Below are positions 58,687 through 64,000 of a DNA stretch of 64,000 bases, piece by piece. How positions within the stretch are numbered: the stretch's first letter is position 1; the number at the start of each line of letters is the position of its first letter. This DNA is from Gemmatales bacterium (GTDB lineage: Bacteria > Planctomycetota > Planctomycetia > Gemmatales > HRBIN36). The notes under the pieces are model-generated. The model was given only the letters and a program-made list of their open reading frames with translations. It was not told where the DNA came from and did no database searches. The DNA lies in the NCBI GenBank assembly GCA_041640595.1, contig JBEPZY010000003.1, positions 1 to 64,000 of the forward strand, given 5' to 3'. The position numbers were made by a program, and so were the translations under genes.

Positions 58687-61158
58687 TCATTTGCTTTCGC
58701 GTGTGTAGCCGGCAGGAACGACCCCGGAAGCAGGTGCGCTGAGCAATTGCAAGGCATAGCCGGCCTGTTCGCGGATACGGGGATCGGCGTCGCGAGCAGC
58801 GAGTTGCAGGGTCTGGCGAACGGCAGGCGTGTCGGCACGGATCAGCGCCAGGGTCTGAATGGCTTTGATACGGACGGCAGGATGTGGGTCGTGACCAGCC
58901 GCCTGCACCAGAGCCTCCACCGCGAACGGATAGCGCTGGGGTTCGATGACCGCGAGTCGAGCGGCCGCCCATTCGCGTTGCTGCGGCGAACCGGAAGTTT
59001 GCAGCACGTTGACCAGGAAGAGTGTGTTCCGCAGGGCCAGCGCTTCGGTGCCGTTGGCGCTGGCTTGCAGCGTCAGCGTTTGCACCGGGGATTGGTGCGG
59101 CGGAACTAATGGCCCGGTCGTCCACGCCACCGGCGTCGCGGCAGTATCGGGCCGGGAAGGTACCACCGGCGGAACGATGCCCGGGAATTGATGCGGATTT
59201 TGCACGGCGGCTACCTGCAACGTGTTGAACGGCTGAATCGGCGGTTGGGGTGGAGGCAAATCCGGGCGTGGTTTGTCGGTGACCATCGGCACGAACGGCA
59301 GGGGCACCGGCGCTTTGGACGTGGCGGTGTCGGTGATGCCTGTCTGTCCGGCAGCAGCTTTGTTTTCGGCACGGGATGCGGTGGATGTCGAACTGACCGG
59401 GCCGGAAGGTGTCGGCGGGGAAACACGCGATGGTGGTTCCGGCAAGGTGGAAGAAGCCGGTTTGTTCGCGCCAGCCGTCAAACTGGCGTTGGTTACCGAC
59501 TCCCGAATGGGATTACGCTGGACGAATTTCTCCGGCTCGCGCAGCGGATCGGGTTTGGCAGGGGTGTTCGGTTTCCGAGCAGCAGAACCTGTCGCCAGCG
59601 GTGGTGGAAACGGTACAGGCGGTTCCGCAGAACTCGGCACAGCGCGTTTCACCGGTAGCACTGCGGAAGCCTGAGCCAGCACCGCGAACTGGTACTGAAT
59701 CGCAACCAGCTGTTCCGGAGTAAGCGAAGCCGTGGTGGCATGGGAAACGCCTGGCTTGTTCGCGGGTCGATCGGAATCGCGACGGAACAGCCGATTGAAC
59801 AGTCCGCGGCGCTGTTCCGGTTCGGCACTGCTCGCCTGCACAGCGTGCTGACCGGTAACGGCTTGGCTGCTGTTTGTGCCGGGAGTAAGCGTAACGCTCG
59901 AAGCAGGTGGCTGGGCTTCAGTCCGAGCAGGGGAAGTGCTTTCCGACCGCGTAAGCGGAGCCTTGGGTCCAATTGCAGAGCGCGACGGGCCCCCTTCGGA
60001 AACTACGCCAGCTGAAGCGTGATCGCTCGGAACCGGGCCGACGATAATACGAGTTTCGCTGCCAGGTACGATGGGAGCCGGAGGTACCTCTGCCATACGC
60101 GGTGGAGGAGCTAACACCGGTGTGGGAAACGCTTCCTGAGATGGGCCGGTCGTGGCACGAGGGGACGAAGTGCCGGACCCGGAAATCCGTCGGACGATCC
60201 GCGACCACAAACTTTCCCGTGGACTGGTTTGGGGCACGAGGACCACCGAAGGTTGTCCCGAAGATGGCGAAGTTTCCGCAGCGGAGGTGGTATTAGTGAG
60301 CGACGGTGCAGGTGCACTGGGAACCTGGTCTGATCTGCTCGTCGCGGATGCAGTCGGCATCGGGACCAGTGTAGCGGACGGTGCTGCCACCGGCGCTGTG
60401 GTCACCGTCATAACCTCGCCTGTAGATTCCGAACGCACCGTCAGGGTGACTACGCCGTTTGTGTCAACGGTCTTGCGGAGAATAACGCAGCGCTGCACGC
60501 CTCGGTCACGGAAATCGAGTGTGATCACCTCGCCGGGACGGTCAAGCCGAGCCAGTTGCTGTAAGACGGCCGGGTTTGCCTGCATCACAGGCGTGGACGA
60601 ACTCGGTGGCGAGGTTTGCTGAGTCGGCGGTACAGTGCCACCAGCAAGCCCGTCACCAGCGCGGGAACTCGGTACCGAAGGTTGCTGAGTCGGCGGTGCT
60701 GTCACAGAAGCACCGCTCGCCGGAGATGGACAAACGCCTGTCGCGGCGGGTTGCCAGGACGTGGACGGAGAACTGCTCGGCTTGGCAGCCTGGGATGGCT
60801 TGTCCGCTACGGCAGCCGGAGTTGCAGGAAGATCGGGAATGGTTGGCACGCCGGGAGGCGGTTTCTGCTGGCCTACTCCCCAGCGATAAAGCTGAGCCTG
60901 GGAACTGCCCGGCGGTTCGACGAGCGTGGCCATTTCTTGAGTTTCCTGCGAGCGAATGTAGCGGATAACGGTTTTATCCGGTCGCTCCCAGGCGAGAACG
61001 GTAACGAACTTCTCCGGCGGCCGGCTCCCCTGGCGGATGGTGAGAACTTTGCCGATCTGATCCGGCAAAGGTCGGCCTGCCGAACCAACCGGTTCCGCGC
61101 GGAGCAAGCCGACCGCCAGGCCCAACCCCGCAATTCCCACCGCCACGATCCGTTTCAT
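58687..61158 (-). CDS. Secreted Pro/Ser/Thr-rich protein with two small beta domains and C-terminal HEAT repeats
   Basis: Signal peptide MKRIVAVGIAGLGLAVG; long low-complexity linkers; QREWAA, DPHPAVRIKAI, DADPRIREQA. Confidence 0.85.
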   Translation of the reverse strand: MKRIVAVGIAGLGLAVGLLRAEPVGSAGRPLPDQIGKVLTIRQGSRPPEKFVTVLAWERPDKTVIRYIRSQETQEMATLVEPPGSSQAQLYRWGVGQQKPPPGVPTIPDLPATPAAVADKPSQAAKPSSSPSTSWQPAATGVCPSPASGASVTAPPTQQPSVPSSRAGDGLAGGTVPPTQQTSPPSSSTPVMQANPAVLQQLARLDRPGEVITLDFRDRGVQRCVILRKTVDTNGVVTLTVRSESTGEVMTVTTAPVAAPSATLVPMPTASATSRSDQVPSAPAPSLTNTTSAAETSPSSGQPSVVLVPQTSPRESLWSRIVRRISGSGTSSPRATTGPSQEAFPTPVLAPPPRMAEVPPAPIVPGSETRIIVGPVPSDHASAGVVSEGGPSRSAIGPKAPLTRSESTSPARTEAQPPASSVTLTPGTNSSQAVTGQHAVQASSAEPEQRRGLFNRLFRRDSDRPANKPGVSHATTASLTPEQLVAIQYQFAVLAQASAVLPVKRAVPSSAEPPVPFPPPLATGSAARKPNTPAKPDPLREPEKFVQRNPIRESVTNASLTAGANKPASSTLPEPPSRVSPPTPSGPVSSTSTASRAENKAAAGQTGITDTATSKAPVPLPFVPMVTDKPRPDLPPPQPPIQPFNTLQVAAVQNPHQFPGIVPPVVPSRPDTAATPVAWTTGPLVPPHQSPVQTLTLQASANGTEALALRNTLFLVNVLQTSGSPQQREWAAARLAVIEPQRYPFAVEALVQAAGHDPHPAVRIKAIQTLALIRADTPAVRQTLQLAARDADPRIREQAGYALQLLSAPASGVVPAGYTRESK

Positions 61159-61507
61159 GCCTCTACCCCCGTCACTGGTCCTGTTCTCGCAAACGGGTCA
61201 CGCCATTTCGCCCCAGCCCGGCAGCACCTGGAAGCAGGGTCGGCTTGTGCCGAATGCCCTGTTGGCGTGCTCGCTTCCGTTCGCTCCTTATTTGCGATCT
61301 TCGCGCAATGTACCAGCTTGTCATTCTTTATCGTCCGCGGGCACGCTGTGCCTGAATGGGAAATGGTGAGCGGGTACAATAAAATCCACTGCATCCGCTC
61401 CACTGACGGCTGGCCAGGCGGCAGGCATTCGCGGCAAGCCGAAGGGCATTCGACATCTGGGGCCGCCAGACCGCCGGCATGCTGAACCTTTCTGGAGACT
61501 GGACGGG

Positions 61508-64000
61508 GTGGTACCGCACATTCGCCGAACCTGGCACAGTCTGCCCGTTCACGAGACCTTGCGGACGCTGGAGGTGCAGGCGGAGCAGGGTCTCAGCGAG
61601 AGCGAAGTGCGGCAACGGCAGGAATGGTTCGGCCCCAACGAGTTGGCCCCGATTCGACGGGAAACCATCGGGCACGTTGTGCTCGAAGCAGTTAGCGAAC
61701 CCATGATTTTGCTCCTGCTGGCGGTGGGCGTGTTGTATGCCTTCTGGGGAGAACCCTGGGAGACGGTCACGGTATTCGCAGTGATTGCCGTGCTGGTTGC
61801 CGTAGAAGTTTACAACGAATGGCGGGCGGAGCAGGCGTTAGCCCGGCTGAACGAACTGGCACAACCAACCGCCGTGGTAAAGCGGGACGGAAACTGGCGC
61901 GAAGTCCCCGTGGCATTGCTGGTGCCGGGCGACATTGTTTTGCTGTTAGCAGGACGGCGTGTGCCCGCTGACCTGCGGTTGCTGGAAACGCAAACTCTGG
62001 CAGTGGACGAATCCGTTTTGACTGGCGAGTCGCTGCCCGTGGAGAAAGATGCCGAGGCAATGCTTTCCGAAGTGGTGCCGCTGGCAGAACGCAAGAACCT
62101 CGCTTTTGCCGGGACTCTGGTGGTACGCGGGCGAGGTATCGGCGTGGTGGTGGCTATCGGGGCGGACACGGAATGGGGACGTCTGGCCCGGCAAACGGCC
62201 GAAATTCGCCCCCAGAGAACACCGTTACAGCAGGCAATGCGGGAATTGGCCCGCTGGACCGTCGTAGCTGCCCTGGGGTTCACTGTTCTGGCTGCGCTGC
62301 TGGCGTACTTGCGGGAACTGGCTACCGGTCGGCAAGCACTGCTCAGCGCTCTGGCGCTTGCCTTTGCCACGATTCCGGAAGAATTGCCCATCATTATCAC
62401 CATGGTGCTGGCTCTGGGTGGCTGGCGACTGGCACGACAACGGGCCATAGTCCGGCGTTTGTATGCTGTGGAAACGCTCGGTGCGGTTACCGTGATCGCC
62501 TCCGACAAAACCGGCACCATCACCGAAAATCGCATGACCGTGGCCCGGGTCGAACCCGGTGAGCGAGAACGATGGTGTCTGGAGCTGGCCGTTCTTTGCT
62601 CCGAGTCGCTTCCCACTACCGTTTCTGCCCAGCCGACCGGCCAGCGCAGCTGGTTGGGTGATCCGACCGAAGCCGCCCTGCTCGAACGTGCACAACAACT
62701 GGGCCTGTCAACGGAAACGACGCGGCGAACCGGACGGTTACGCCAGGAGTTTGGCTTCGATCCGGCCCGCAAACGCATGAGCACCGTCTGGCACATCGCA
62801 CCCGTATCGGACCAACTCTCGCTGCCAGACAGGCCGAGCTTTTTTATCGCCGTCAAAGGTGCCCCGGAGCGCGTCCTCGAAATCTGTCGCTACGAATGGA
62901 TGCAGACACCTTCGTCAGATGCGGTGGATGTGACGGGTTTCCCGTCCGTATCGGGAGACCGCGAGCGATTGCCGACCGGATCACCCGGCACAATAACGCC
63001 GTTGACGCCGCCACCGTCTCGAGAGAGCGGACCGGGCGTCGAGCCAGTACCAGGCTCGTCGAGTGCGATCGCGCCGTTGACGCAGCAACGATACCAGTTC
63101 TGGCACGGTCTGGCGGAAGAGATGGCCCAGCAGGGATTGCGGGTGCTGGCGTTTGCCTATCGCTGGACGGAACGCGAACCTCGCTCGGCAGAGGAAGCGG
63201 AAAGCGACGGTGTTTTCGTCGGACTGGTTGGCCTGGCTGACCCACCCCGGCCGGAAGTCGCCTCAGCGCTTGCCGAATGTCGTCAGGCAGGGATTCAGGT
63301 GTGGATGATCACGGGAGACCATCCGAACACAGCCCGGTACGTGGCTCGGGCAGTGGGATTTGCTGAGGACACGCCTTTGCTCACCGGCCCGGAAATAGAC
63401 GAAATGAGCGATGCGGCCTTACAGCAAGTTTTGCAACGCCCGGTGCTGGTAGCGCGAGCGACACCGACCCAGAAACTTCGGCTGGTGCAGGTAGCCCGAT
63501 CGGCTGGACAACGGGTGGCGGTAACAGGTGACGGCATCAACGATGCGCCGGCATTGCGGGCTGCGGATGTCGGCATTGCGATGGGACAGCGCGGCAGTGA
63601 TGTGGCCCGCGAAGCAGCCGATCTTATCCTGGCCGACGACAATTTTGCCACTTTGGTGCACGCCATCCGCGAGGGGCGTTTGCTTTTCGACAATCTGAGC
63701 AAAAGCGTTCGCTATTATCTGGCCTGCAAAGCCGCTCTGGTGGCGGCATGTTTGACCGGAGTCCTGGTCGGTGTGGGCATCCCTTTTCATCCGCTGCAAA
63801 TTATCCTGATGGAACTGATCATGGACCTGGCTGCTTCCGTTGCCCTGGTGGCCGAACCGCCGGAAGGTGACCTGATGCGTCGTCCGCCACGCGATCCGCA
63901 GCAACCGTTCCTGCATGGGATAGTGTTACGGGACCTGCTCGGCTCGGCGATGGCGTTGTTTCTGGTGGTGATATTGACGGTGCTGGGACTATTGGCCTGG
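61508..64000 (+). CDS. Cation-transporting P-type ATPase (type II, Ca2+/Mg2+-like), 3'-truncated by the window edge
   Basis: Absent from the ORF track (no stop in window). In one frame from GTG 61508: GPNEL, TGES (62021), PEELP, DKTGT (62504), KGAPE (62855), TGDH, GDGIND (63527). Confidence 0.95.
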   Translation, partial: MVPHIRRTWHSLPVHETLRTLEVQAEQGLSESEVRQRQEWFGPNELAPIRRETIGHVVLEAVSEPMILLLLAVGVLYAFWGEPWETVTVFAVIAVLVAVEVYNEWRAEQALARLNELAQPTAVVKRDGNWREVPVALLVPGDIVLLLAGRRVPADLRLLETQTLAVDESVLTGESLPVEKDAEAMLSEVVPLAERKNLAFAGTLVVRGRGIGVVVAIGADTEWGRLARQTAEIRPQRTPLQQAMRELARWTVVAALGFTVLAALLAYLRELATGRQALLSALALAFATIPEELPIIITMVLALGGWRLARQRAIVRRLYAVETLGAVTVIASDKTGTITENRMTVARVEPGERERWCLELAVLCSESLPTTVSAQPTGQRSWLGDPTEAALLERAQQLGLSTETTRRTGRLRQEFGFDPARKRMSTVWHIAPVSDQLSLPDRPSFFIAVKGAPERVLEICRYEWMQTPSSDAVDVTGFPSVSGDRERLPTGSPGTITPLTPPPSRESGPGVEPVPGSSSAIAPLTQQRYQFWHGLAEEMAQQGLRVLAFAYRWTEREPRSAEEAESDGVFVGLVGLADPPRPEVASALAECRQAGIQVWMITGDHPNTARYVARAVGFAEDTPLLTGPEIDEMSDAALQQVLQRPVLVARATPTQKLRLVQVARSAGQRVAVTGDGINDAPALRAADVGIAMGQRGSDVAREAADLILADDNFATLVHAIREGRLLFDNLSKSVRYYLACKAALVAACLTGVLVGVGIPFHPLQIILMELIMDLAASVALVAEPPEGDLMRRPPRDPQQPFLHGIVLRDLLGSAMALFLVVILTVLGLLAW

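Noticed and set aside
61479..61706. 75-aa ORF or frameshifted ATPase start
   Set aside because: The ATPase frame is open from GTG 61508 with its own GGAGA RBS, so no frameshift is needed.

Overview
A GC-rich bacterial chromosomal window whose gene content (DUF1549/DUF1553 and DUF1501 proteins, planctomycete cytochrome-WD40, TIGR03000, BBP7-like barrel, ECF sigma + Ser/Thr kinase pair, HEAT proteins) points to Planctomycetota, probably Gemmatales-like; this taxonomy is an inference. About 46 CDS are supported, including purH, nadE, plsY, transaldolase, gmhB, a TrmJ/LasT-family methyltransferase and a P-type ATPase that runs off the right edge. I saw no rRNA, tRNA, cas gene, integrase or transposase. 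The standout is an isolated five-gene Mu-like phage HEAD operon at 19186-24060 (minus strand): portal, protease/scaffold, decoration-like protein, gpT-like major capsid and a small connector-like protein. All five frames are intact and have ribosome-binding sites, but there are no terminase, tail, lysis or integration genes, and the operon sits between host genes. It is a candidate domesticated capsid system (GTA-like particle, nanocompartment or phage-interference module). Other notable items: a MotA/ExbB-family motor with two dissimilar ExbD-like partners, a rhomboid lacking its catalytic Ser, a probably phospho-activated ECF sigma, a covarying REP family (BIME-like mosaics plus a 43-nt tandem array inside the capsid operon), and three orphan repeat-spacer-repeat units with a 73-80 nt period. 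All family assignments are by motif recognition only; no database search was run.
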